64,000 nucleotides of DNA from Candidatus Omnitrophota bacterium (GTDB taxonomy: Bacteria > Omnitrophota > Gorgyraeia > 2-01-FULL-45-10): contig JAUYOL010000011.1 in assembly GCA_030695905.1 (NCBI GenBank), positions 7,887-71,886 on the forward strand. Direction: 5' to 3'. Shown here one piece after another: positions 1 through 7,285 of this stretch (within the stretch, counting starts at the first letter, position 1; each line of letters starts with the position of its first letter). The position numbers were made by a program, and so were the translations under genes. The notes below the pieces were generated by a model, which saw nothing but the letters and a program-made list of their open reading frames with translations, was not told the DNA's origin and searched no databases.

Positions 1-3000
1 TATTATTCTCATCGACATCTTCCAATTCCAATGTTCTCAATATTTTTTCATAAGAGATAGACGCGTCATATCCATATTTACGTAGGAAATCCGGAAATAG
101 GTCTTCTCTATGGTAGTATTTTGCGAACTCGGCGGCAAATTGAAGCCCCCTGAGTTTGTCAAATTCCGTAATCTCGCCCTTTTTCATTTTTGTAAAATAA
201 AGATTTAATTCATATAATGCCATCATACAGAGCGTTGCTTTGGAAGAATCTACATAACCCGCATTTAGTGAAACAATATATACAGCCTTGCCATCCATCG
301 TTTTCGCATCCGAAACGAGACAAGCATCCTGACTATCATTATAAGAAATGCTAAAGCCAATCGGCCTTATTAACTCTTTAACATCCTTTAAATAATCGTT
401 GAACCCAAAGAAATAGGAAACAAGCGATACCGCTTCCCGCGCTTTTTCTGTCCTTATATTTGCCGCATTAATATTCTTTATGACAAAGTCAAAGCTATCG
501 TTATCTTGTAAAGGCACCACATTCTCAGGCAGCACAAACCCGTCTTTGTAGTCTAAGCCATCGATTATCCTCGAATTGGGGAATCTGTACTTAGTGTCTG
601 TTTCTTCTCTTTTAGATGATTTGACTTGCGATGAAACTCTTCTTTCAATATTATCCCAGGGCTCTTCTCTTGTTATACCTTCTATCATGATCGTTAAAGC
701 TTGAATGTTATGTTTGAGTATCGATGCGGTGGTTGTTCCGATAAACTGACTGTGCGGATAACGCAAACGAATTGGACCTGAATAGCACCGCGTGCTATCG
801 CACGACAAGATAGCGATTATTTTAGTTCCAAATTGCAAAATGTTTCCTTGCGGAGCCTTTTCGAGAGCGAGGGCAAGCGATGCTCCCATGCCGGAATGCC
901 CTGAATAAACTATCATATGAATTTGTGGATCACCAATATAGCTAAATACCTCTCCTTTATAATTTTTCGGGTCCCCCGTGGGATCACAATACACGGTGAC
1001 CTTTTTACCATTGAGCTCCCTTCTATATATAACCAACCGCGCTTTTTCCTCCCTTGAATAACCTGCCGCCACGAACATACTATTAAAATAATCCGGCGAA
1101 GTCGGGGCATAGAGCCTTATATTGAGCTCCTGACCCGGGTTCTGCTTTTTATCAAATATCTCTTCGTAGGGTGGGGCGGATTGAGGCGTAAAAATTGATT
1201 CGACACTTTTTACCAAGCCAGGGTTTTTGCCATTTAAAAAGGTATGATCATTTTTATTAATTGTGCTTAACGTAACGGCAAGGCACTGAAGATACATATT
1301 TCTCCTCGAAGGAACTTCTTTGCTCATAATAGAAGTATATATTACGTCACAGATTTCAGCTTTTTTATCAAGATCTACCGCTTTGCTTGAAATAGCAAAC
1401 ATCATTAAATTAAAATCTCTATAATCTATAACTTTTTTCTGTTTAATATCCGCGATTTTTTTGCCAACTATTTCTTGGAATAATAATTTTTTTCCAGCTA
1501 CATTTTTTGCCAGTTCTATTCTTACATGTTCATCATGAATTAATTCGAGTATTCTTTCAAAAAACTTTCCGGATGCCAACTGTGGGTTATTTTGAAATAT
1601 TTGGATTAAGGCTACCGCCGCTTCACAACAAGCCTTTCCATCTTTATCATATATTCCCTGGTTCTCTTGCGTTAAAAGCGATATTGCCTCTTGGGGCCTC
1701 ATATATTTATTCTCTACCCATTTACCAATTAACCCAATAACATAACCCCGGATATAGGAAGAAGGACTTTTAAATCCAACGCCTTCCTTTTGCGTTAGAA
1801 GCTCTATTGCTTTTTCCGGGTTGATTTCTGGCAAAATTTTGGTGGCCTGTTCAACTACATATTCATCTTTATCATATATTCCCTGGCCCTTTTGCGTTAA
1901 AAGCGATATTGCCTTTTCCTGAGTCATATGTTTATTTTCCACCCATTCAACAATTAACCTAATAACCTTGTTTCGAATAACAACAGAAGGGTCTTTCAAG
2001 CCGATATCTTTATATTGCGTTAGAAGCTCTTTTGCTTTTTCAAAATCTATTTCTATCAAAATTTCGATGGTATGTTCGCGAATAAATTCATTTTCATCAA
2101 TCAGGAGTTCCTTTGCTTTTTCCAGGTCGATTCCTAACAAAACTTTGATGGCCAAGCCAGTGACCCTACTAGCACTATCATTTATCCCCTGGTTCTCTTG
2201 TATTAAAAGCGATACTGCCTCTTCCGGCTTCATATATTTTCTCTGTACATATTCACCAATTGAGCTAATAACGCGGATCCTTACTTCATAATCCGGGTCT
2301 TTTATTTTTTCTTTAATCGCATCCAAATTGAATGATGGAGCTATGGCTATCTGGGCAGGCATTGAAGTCGGTGAAACAGCGTACGCCGGCGCAAAGATAT
2401 TAGCGGCCACTCCTATCAAAAAGCACGCAATGCTTATAATAAACAATCTTCTGAAGCCATCCGCGATATTCCTCCAAATCGATACCCAGCTTACACTACC
2501 GCCTGAGATTGCAGCACTGGCCTGCACTGCGGCTGGCGCTTGCGTCGTAGTTTGCGGCCGTATAACCTTCTCCCCTCCGGGTGGGTAAGACGGTACAAAT
2601 ACCTTCCGGTCACCTATGTTAACCGGTTCTCCATTAACGATAAGCGGTTCTGAGTTCTCAAATTGCGATAAGGAAAATATAACGCTAGTTCCGTTCGTGA
2701 ATGAACCGCCATTGATAAGCCCTGTCACCACTTTAATGGCTTCATCAAAAGCATCATTATGGCCTAACACGTTTAGGTATGACGCTATCTGCAATGACGA
2801 CTGTCTTTCACTAATCGTCTTTGTGATAGGATCAACTCCGCCCGAAAGTAGCCTGAAGTATGGACAGTCACCTTCTGATTTTTCCATTTTTGGTAAAATC
2901 TCTATATATGAATAACCTTTTTTCTTGAATATCTCTTTTAAATTATCTTTGTGAAAACCACCGGTAACGAGAATAACCGCGTCGGATCGACCTATCTTCA

Positions 3001-4393
3001 TCTTATGGGTTATATTTTTAATGAACGCGCTATCTCTCTTCAGGGAAAGAGAGTAGAACTTCTCCATATTTTCCCTGTACTTATCAAGGCGCGCCAAGCC
3101 TTCATCTACCTTAAAATCGAATCCGTATAGCGGGCATTTAGCGGATAGAAAAGATATAAAGTTCCGTGCGGCAAAATCATCCTTATGCCCGAGGTAATAG
3201 TCCCAGTCTTCTTTGACAAGGCTTACCGACAAGATATTCTTTGTGATATCAAGCCGCCTGGACAATATATGCAAAGCCTTCTCGTCATCATTAACGAAAC
3301 TGGATTCAAATATCTTTTCTTCAATGGACTTAAGCTGGCGCGAAAATTCCCTCTTATTGATGGACTCAAAGCGGCTTACGTACTCTGAATATCTCATTAA
3401 ATTCGGGGACTCGCTGATATCGAAACCGCAAAGTTTCGCCTTTGCGAATAAATATGAATAAAATTCCTCTTGAGGTATTTCGCCTGCGTGAAACGCAACT
3501 GTTTTTGCCACCATTTCTTCAAGATATTTTTTAGAGAGCCTCTTATTAAGTTTATCTATCAGAACATTGCGCTCTCTTTCAGCTACTTTGAAATCTATAC
3601 TATTTTCATCCTCTATTATTTTGGCAAGTTCAAGGACATCCTTAAATGAAGATATGTCAACATTGCGCATTTTCGCGGTGCTCACGAGGCTGGGCATATA
3701 CTCTTTAACATCGAGCTTGCCTTCGCTATACTGTGAAGCCTTTTCATCCAGGGCCATAAGCTCTTTTGAGTAGATCCTGGATTTAAGATTTGTGATGGCG
3801 TGGTTTAATAGATTAACGCATTTGTCCGCGTCTTCTTTGAAGCCCAGAGAATCCCGGTAGGTTTTTAAATTCTCGATATAATATGCCGGGTCCTCTATGC
3901 CGTACAGGGTTACCGCCTGCGGATTATTTATGGCATAGAACTCCGAGCCATTAACTTCGCCTTCTTTCACAAAATAATCCGCGACATCCTGCCTGATCTT
4001 AGCGTCGGCTATGTTAGTAAAAGGCGTAAGGTCGTAATCACCAGCACCGCCTTCAAGCGCTATTAAGTCTACGCCATATTTATCGCGCATATACGATATG
4101 ATCGAGGCAATGGACTGCTGGGCAGAATAGTTGCAGTGGGCGTCCTGGATGTGTATGATGGTCTTGTCGAGTGTGCCTTTGAAGGTGTAGGCAATTTCGC
4201 CTAAGTTTATAGGGACCTTAATGTCCCCTATATTCATCTTATTATGAGCTAATAGGGATTCAGAAGACAAAGGCCTGCCTATGCCTTGAGCTTCACCTAA
4301 CGGCCCTATTGATTGCAGGATAAAGGTGAAGCATACGGCCAAAGCCATTATTTTGCAAATTATATGTCGCCTTAATGGTATTACCATATACAT
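1..4393 (-). CDS. Giant secreted/membrane multidomain protein, 5' part only (>=1464 codons, runs off the left edge): signal peptide, TraB/ChaN/Tiki-like domain, internal TM, HEAT-like repeats, clan-CD-like peptidase domain
   Basis: Not in the ORF track because there is no stop in the window. Manual translation from ATG 4393 (alternative ATG 4387) gives MYMVIPLRRHIICKIMALAVCFTFILQSIGP... No in-frame stop was found in the stretches read codon by codon (1-~3220 and ~3860-4393). Motifs: IHIQDAHCNYSAQ, IALEGG, YGIED, RDSAFIKN, ILVTGGFH, VYSGHSGMG, AILSCDS. Confidence 0.9.
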   Translation of the reverse strand, partial: MYMVIPLRRHIICKIMALAVCFTFILQSIGPLGEAQGIGRPLSSESLLAHNKMNIGDIKVPINLGEIAYTFKGTLDKTIIHIQDAHCNYSAQQSIASIISYMRDKYGVDLIALEGGAGDYDLTPFTNIADAKIRQDVADYFVKEGEVNGSEFYAINNPQAVTLYGIEDPAYYIENLKTYRDSLGFKEDADKCVNLLNHAITNLKSRIYSKELMALDEKASQYSEGKLDVKEYMPSLVSTAKMRNVDISSFKDVLELAKIIEDENSIDFKVAERERNVLIDKLNKRLSKKYLEEMVAKTVAFHAGEIPQEEFYSYLFAKAKLCGFDISESPNLMRYSEYVSRFESINKREFSRQLKSIEEKIFESSFVNDDEKALHILSRRLDITKNILSVSLVKEDWDYYLGHKDDFAARNFISFLSAKCPLYGFDFKVDEGLARLDKYRENMEKFYSLSLKRDSAFIKNITHKMKIGRSDAVILVTGGFHKDNLKEIFKKKGYSYIEILPKMEKSEGDCPYFRLLSGGVDPITKTISERQSSLQIASYLNVLGHNDAFDEAIKVVTGLINGGSFTNGTSVIFSLSQFENSEPLIVNGEPVNIGDRKVFVPSYPPGGEKVIRPQTTTQAPAAVQASAAISGGSVSWVSIWRNIADGFRRLFIISIACFLIGVAANIFAPAYAVSPTSMPAQIAIAPSFNLDAIKEKIKDPDYEVRIRVISSIGEYVQRKYMKPEEAVSLLIQENQGINDSASRVTGLAIKVLLGIDLEKAKELLIDENEFIREHTIEILIEIDFEKAKELLTQYKDIGLKDPSVVIRNKVIRLIVEWVENKHMTQEKAISLLTQKGQGIYDKDEYVVEQATKILPEINPEKAIELLTQKEGVGFKSPSSYIRGYVIGLIGKWVENKYMRPQEAISLLTQENQGIYDKDGKACCEAAVALIQIFQNNPQLASGKFFERILELIHDEHVRIELAKNVAGKKLLFQEIVGKKIADIKQKKVIDYRDFNLMMFAISSKAVDLDKKAEICDVIYTSIMSKEVPSRRNMYLQCLAVTLSTINKNDHTFLNGKNPGLVKSVESIFTPQSAPPYEEIFDKKQNPGQELNIRLYAPTSPDYFNSMFVAAGYSREEKARLVIYRRELNGKKVTVYCDPTGDPKNYKGEVFSYIGDPQIHMIVYSGHSGMGASLALALEKAPQGNILQFGTKIIAILSCDSTRCYSGPIRLRYPHSQFIGTTTASILKHNIQALTIMIEGITREEPWDNIERRVSSQVKSSKREETDTKYRFPNSRIIDGLDYKDGFVLPENVVPLQDNDSFDFVIKNINAANIRTEKAREAVSLVSYFFGFNDYLKDVKELIRPIGFSISYNDSQDACLVSDAKTMDGKAVYIVSLNAGYVDSSKATLCMMALYELNLYFTKMKKGEITEFDKLRGLQFAAEFAKYYHREDLFPDFLRKYGYDASISYEKILRTLELEDVDENN
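1640..2310 (-). repeat. Intragenic HEAT-like repeat region, 3 diverged units
   Basis: Three copies of (K)YM..EEA(I/V)SLL(T/I)Q..QGI(Y/N)D at about 1650-1720, 1875-1945 and 2180-2245, also recognisable at DNA level (ccctgg...ttaaaagcgata.tgcc). Confidence 0.8.
2565..2594. repeat. Palindromic element copy inside the giant gene 1 coding sequence
   Basis: accttctcccctcc-g-ggtgggtaagacggt. Positions 2577-2594 are identical (18 nt) to 50766-50783. Encodes PSYPPGGEKV. Confidence 0.75.
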
Positions 4394-4396
4394 ATG

Positions 4397-4424
4397 AGTT
4401 TACACGATAATAATATCAATTCAA
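4397..4424 (-). promoter_or_regulatory. Putative sigma70 promoter of giant gene 1
   Basis: Minus strand reads TTGAAT-16nt-TAAACT just upstream of ATG 4393/4387, with no obvious SD. Confidence 0.4.
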
Positions 4425-4452
4425 GTCGGATTCTCTTACTTTTTTATGCCTT

Positions 4453-4511
4453 AACAAAATGCCCTGCACCAGTCGGCTAACCGTTAAACGATAGCCTCCG
4501 GTACAGGGCAT
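4453..4511 (-). terminator. Long hairpin plus U tract downstream of tRNA-Ala
   Basis: ATGCCCTGTACCGG-AGGCTA...TAGCC-GA-CTGGTGCAGGGCAT followed by TTTGTT. G-U pairs favour the minus strand. Confidence 0.6.
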
Positions 4512-4581
4512 GTACCACTACACATTATGGCCGTGCCATGTACCCGAGCGATGGCTATCTCTAGTTTTCGCGAGTGGTACA

Positions 4582-4655
4582 TGGTGGAGCCTACGGGAGT
4601 CGAACCCGTGACTCAGCGTTGCGAACGCTGCGTAATTCCACTTTACTAAGGCCCC
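4582..4655 (-). tRNA. tRNA-Ala (anticodon CGC)
   Basis: Full cloverleaf: GGGGCCT/AGGCTCC acceptor with G3:U70, D arm GTAA/TTAC, anticodon stem CAGCG-TTCGCAA-CGCTG, T arm ACGGG-TTCGACT-CCCGT, encoded CCA. Confidence 0.93.
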
Positions 4656-4667
4656 ATTTTGGGAATA

Positions 4668-4988
4668 CTATACAACAGTCCGGCTTATCCAGTCAAGGTA
4701 ATCCTTGCTGCCGGCAATGATCGGTATCGCTATGATTTCAGGCACCTCATAACTATGCATTTTTTTTACTTCAGTTTCTATTTTTTTAAAATTTGACCGC
4801 CTGGTCTTCATCACGATAAGAACCTCTTTTGCGCTGTCAATCTTGGCCTTCCACCAGAATTTAGATTCTATGCCGGAGACGATATTAGCGCATGCGACGA
4901 GCTTCTTTGCTAATAAACGGTTCACGATCTTACGCGCTTCCTGACGCGACGCGCAGCTTACCGTTATTGAGATAAAACTATTATTCAT
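4668..4988 (-). CDS. cutA: Divalent-cation tolerance protein CutA
   Basis: LVACANI, S.FWW..KI...E, HSYEVPEII, YLDWI motifs. Confidence 0.95.
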   Translation of the reverse strand: MNNSFISITVSCASRQEARKIVNRLLAKKLVACANIVSGIESKFWWKAKIDSAKEVLIVMKTRRSNFKKIETEVKKMHSYEVPEIIAIPIIAGSKDYLDWISRTVV

Positions 4989-5049
4989 ATTTTGTAATTT
5001 TATGTTTTGGAATGGGGAATCTGCGGGATTCGATATAAAAAACGTAATA

Positions 5050-5322
5050 TTACGTAAGAGTACCGATCATAGTGCCGACAGCATCCTGGACCAGCGCCCA
5101 GTCCTGCTGATTATGTATGGCGAATTTCTGCTTTCTTTTCCATCCGCCCTCCGGCCTCTTCTGCCACAGGTAGAAACATACCTGTTTTCTTCCGTAGCTT
5201 TCAAGCAGGACTACCGCCGACCACCAGCCGAAACGCTTATTTATCGTCTTATGATCAAGTACCTTTAATGGCGCGACTATCGGTACTTGCTCTTCTTCGC
5301 GTATATTTTTTGGCTCGGGCAT
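5050..5322 (-). CDS. Hypothetical Trp/basic-rich protein (possible PC4-like nucleic-acid-binding fold)
   Basis: 90-aa ORF with SD (AGGGG), co-oriented with the operon; predicted beta-strands followed by a C-terminal helix. Confidence 0.7.
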   Translation of the reverse strand: MPEPKNIREEEQVPIVAPLKVLDHKTINKRFGWWSAVVLLESYGRKQVCFYLWQKRPEGGWKRKQKFAIHNQQDWALVQDAVGTMIGTLT

Positions 5323-5338
5323 ACCCCTATCCCCCTTT

Positions 5339-5539
5339 CTATCTTCTTAAGGATACCTGATAATCAGAACCTGTCTTCTCTACTACAACATGTCCCTCTC
5401 TGGCGAGCCAGCCTATGCTCATAAGGACTCTGTCTCTTTCGGTGCTGATGCCATTTATTATCTCTTTTAGGGAACTTTTTCCGTGCGTATCAAGGTAGTG
5501 CCATATATCACCTGCCGTAATCCCTATTTCCGTAATCAT
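5339..5539 (-). CDS. Winged helix-turn-helix protein (DUF2582-like)
   Basis: IG.TAG.IWHYL...SIGWLARE signature; SD GGAGG. Confidence 0.85.
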   Translation of the reverse strand: MITEIGITAGDIWHYLDTHGKSSLKEIINGISTERDRVLMSIGWLAREGHVVVEKTGSDYQVSLRR

Positions 5540-5554
5540 TTTTGCACCTCCTAA

Positions 5555-5797
5555 TTAGATGGCTTGCTCCCTCTTGTTATAACTGCCGCAAAGAGGGCAG
5601 ATAGAGATATCATCATGTAAGCTGTCTATATACGTATGAAAGCATATGGAACACTTCCAGGCGTTCTCGACATGCTTTTGGTCTGGGGTGACACTCCTAA
5701 GTTTTTTATATCCCAGTATTGCCCATACGGCAAGTATCGCAACTACAGAAAACAGGATATAAATGAATATAAGCGTTCCAATATCTATTCTTATCAT
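5555..5797 (-). CDS. Small membrane-anchored zinc-ribbon protein
   Basis: N-terminal TM helix, then CSIC...CPLCGS. Confidence 0.75.
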   Translation of the reverse strand: MIRIDIGTLIFIYILFSVVAILAVWAILGYKKLRSVTPDQKHVENAWKCSICFHTYIDSLHDDISICPLCGSYNKREQAI

Positions 5798-5833
5798 AAT
5801 ATTACCATATAATATGGGAAATACAAATATTTT

Positions 5834-6235
5834 TTACGGCTCTATTTTATCGCTATCTACCCTGGCAGCGGTCAATGTAATAAATTCTTTATCGCTCTCA
5901 AAAAGCTCCGCGTCAAAGCCCGAAAGGACATATTCGTCGCCCGCGGCACGCTCCCCTACTATGGCTGACCGGGCATCAATAGACATAAGAAATTTTTGCT
6001 CAAGCGCTGTCCGTTCTTGCGTTGATGGGCTCACGTTTAACACACTTCTTTCCAATATCGGCCCCAAAAATGACACATTGGAAAATTTCACGCTTTTATT
6101 AACTTTTGGCACAACGACAACGGTAAACGCCGAAAGCCAAAATAGATGCCACGCCGCGGAAAGTAATATCGCGAGCACAAGAACTTTGCCTTTAAGCAAA
6201 TTTATCCCAAATTTTATTCTTGCCCCTTGCCCCAT
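5834..6235 (-). CDS. Short TonB/TolA-like membrane-anchor protein lacking a recognisable C-terminal domain
   Basis: TM helix with S-x3-H motif (LLSAAWHL), directly downstream of exbB-exbD. Confidence 0.6.
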   Translation of the reverse strand: MGQGARIKFGINLLKGKVLVLAILLSAAWHLFWLSAFTVVVVPKVNKSVKFSNVSFLGPILERSVLNVSPSTQERTALEQKFLMSIDARSAIVGERAAGDEYVLSGFDAELFESDKEFITLTAARVDSDKIEP

Positions 6236-6248
6236 GCCCCTTGCCCCT
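6221..6248. repeat. Heptamer tandem repeat (TGCCCCW)x4
   Basis: tgcccct tgcccca tgcccct tgcccct, spanning the start codon at 6235. Confidence 0.85.
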
Positions 6249-6251
6249 GTT

Positions 6252-6644
6252 CTATTGGTTTGTCGCTATATTTATTTGAGACACGCCTTCTCTGCGGCAT
6301 GCGTCCCATATGCTCACTACGCGGCCCAGTGGCGCGCGCGAATCAGCTTTTATGAGCAGCCCCACTTTTTCCTTTGTAAGGATCTTAAGGCGCGAAACAA
6401 GCTCATCTTCGGAAATTTCCCTGTCTTCGAGATACATCTTGTCGTCTTTTGTTATGGTAACCACGACATTATCCTGCTGCACTACCTCACTTGTTACCGC
6501 TTTTGGAAGGCTCACACTTATTCCCGGCTGGAATATAAAACTTGATGTGAATAGAAAAAACACAAAAAGAAGAAAAAATATATTCACCATAGGAGTAAGA
6601 TCAAGCATGCCTTTTTCCAGCTTCACGCGGCGCTTAAACTTCAT
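6252..6644 (-). CDS. exbD: Biopolymer transport protein ExbD/TolR family
   Basis: LDLTPMVNIFFLL TM segment, V.LPKA, IKAD...P.G.VV motifs. Confidence 0.9.
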   Translation of the reverse strand: MKFKRRVKLEKGMLDLTPMVNIFFLLFVFFLFTSSFIFQPGISVSLPKAVTSEVVQQDNVVVTITKDDKMYLEDREISEDELVSRLKILTKEKVGLLIKADSRAPLGRVVSIWDACRREGVSQINIATNQ

Positions 6645-7266
6645 ACGTATCCCTTCGCGAAGATAGCAGATTTACCAGATCCGTAGCGCTCCTCTCCATA
6701 TCGTACACAAGGTTATCGGCCTGATTAACGAGATAGTTGTAAGCCACATAAGTCGGTATGGCTACCGCCAGCCCGGCCAACGTCGCGAGGAGCGCTTCCC
6801 ATATACCGCCGGAAAGATCACCTGGATTCACAGGCGTCATCGTAAGCGCCTTGAACTGAATGGCCTGAAATGCCTTTATCATGCCGCTCACGGTTCCCAA
6901 TAATCCTAAAAGCGGAGTGATGTGGGCTATTGTAGCTATTATCGGAAGGTGTTTTTCAAGACGCGGTATTTCAAGCTGCGCCGCTTCATCTATAGCCTCT
7001 TTTATCTCCGGCTTCGACCGGTCATGTTTTAATATGCCTGCCTTTATTATATGCGCTATGGGCCCCGGCGTCTGATTGCACATTTCTATGGCTTCAATAA
7101 TCTTATTGCGCTTAAGGTGCTTCAGTATCTCATCCATAAATTTCTGGGCATCCACCCTTGCCCTGTTGAAACTATATATCCTTTCGATTATTACCCCGAA
7201 AGCTATTATGGATAAGATTATTATCAGATACATCACCGGGCCGCCTTTTTGTATCATATCCCACAT
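6634..7266 (-). CDS. exbB: MotA/TolQ/ExbB proton channel family protein
   Basis: PLLGLLGTVSGMI and GGIWEALLATLAGLAVAIP motifs. Confidence 0.93.
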   Translation of the reverse strand: MWDMIQKGGPVMYLIIILSIIAFGVIIERIYSFNRARVDAQKFMDEILKHLKRNKIIEAIEMCNQTPGPIAHIIKAGILKHDRSKPEIKEAIDEAAQLEIPRLEKHLPIIATIAHITPLLGLLGTVSGMIKAFQAIQFKALTMTPVNPGDLSGGIWEALLATLAGLAVAIPTYVAYNYLVNQADNLVYDMERSATDLVNLLSSRRDTYEV

Positions 7267-7285
7267 ATTTCCTCCTGTAATATTT

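Noticed and set aside
913-3773. Short ORFs listed in the track over 913-3773 (both strands)
   Set aside because: All are antisense or out-of-frame shadows of the long minus-strand giant ORF (1-4393).
4582-4655. tmRNA end or prophage att site
   Set aside because: It has a complete anticodon arm, so it is a true tRNA; no integrase or duplicated 3' end is visible in the window.
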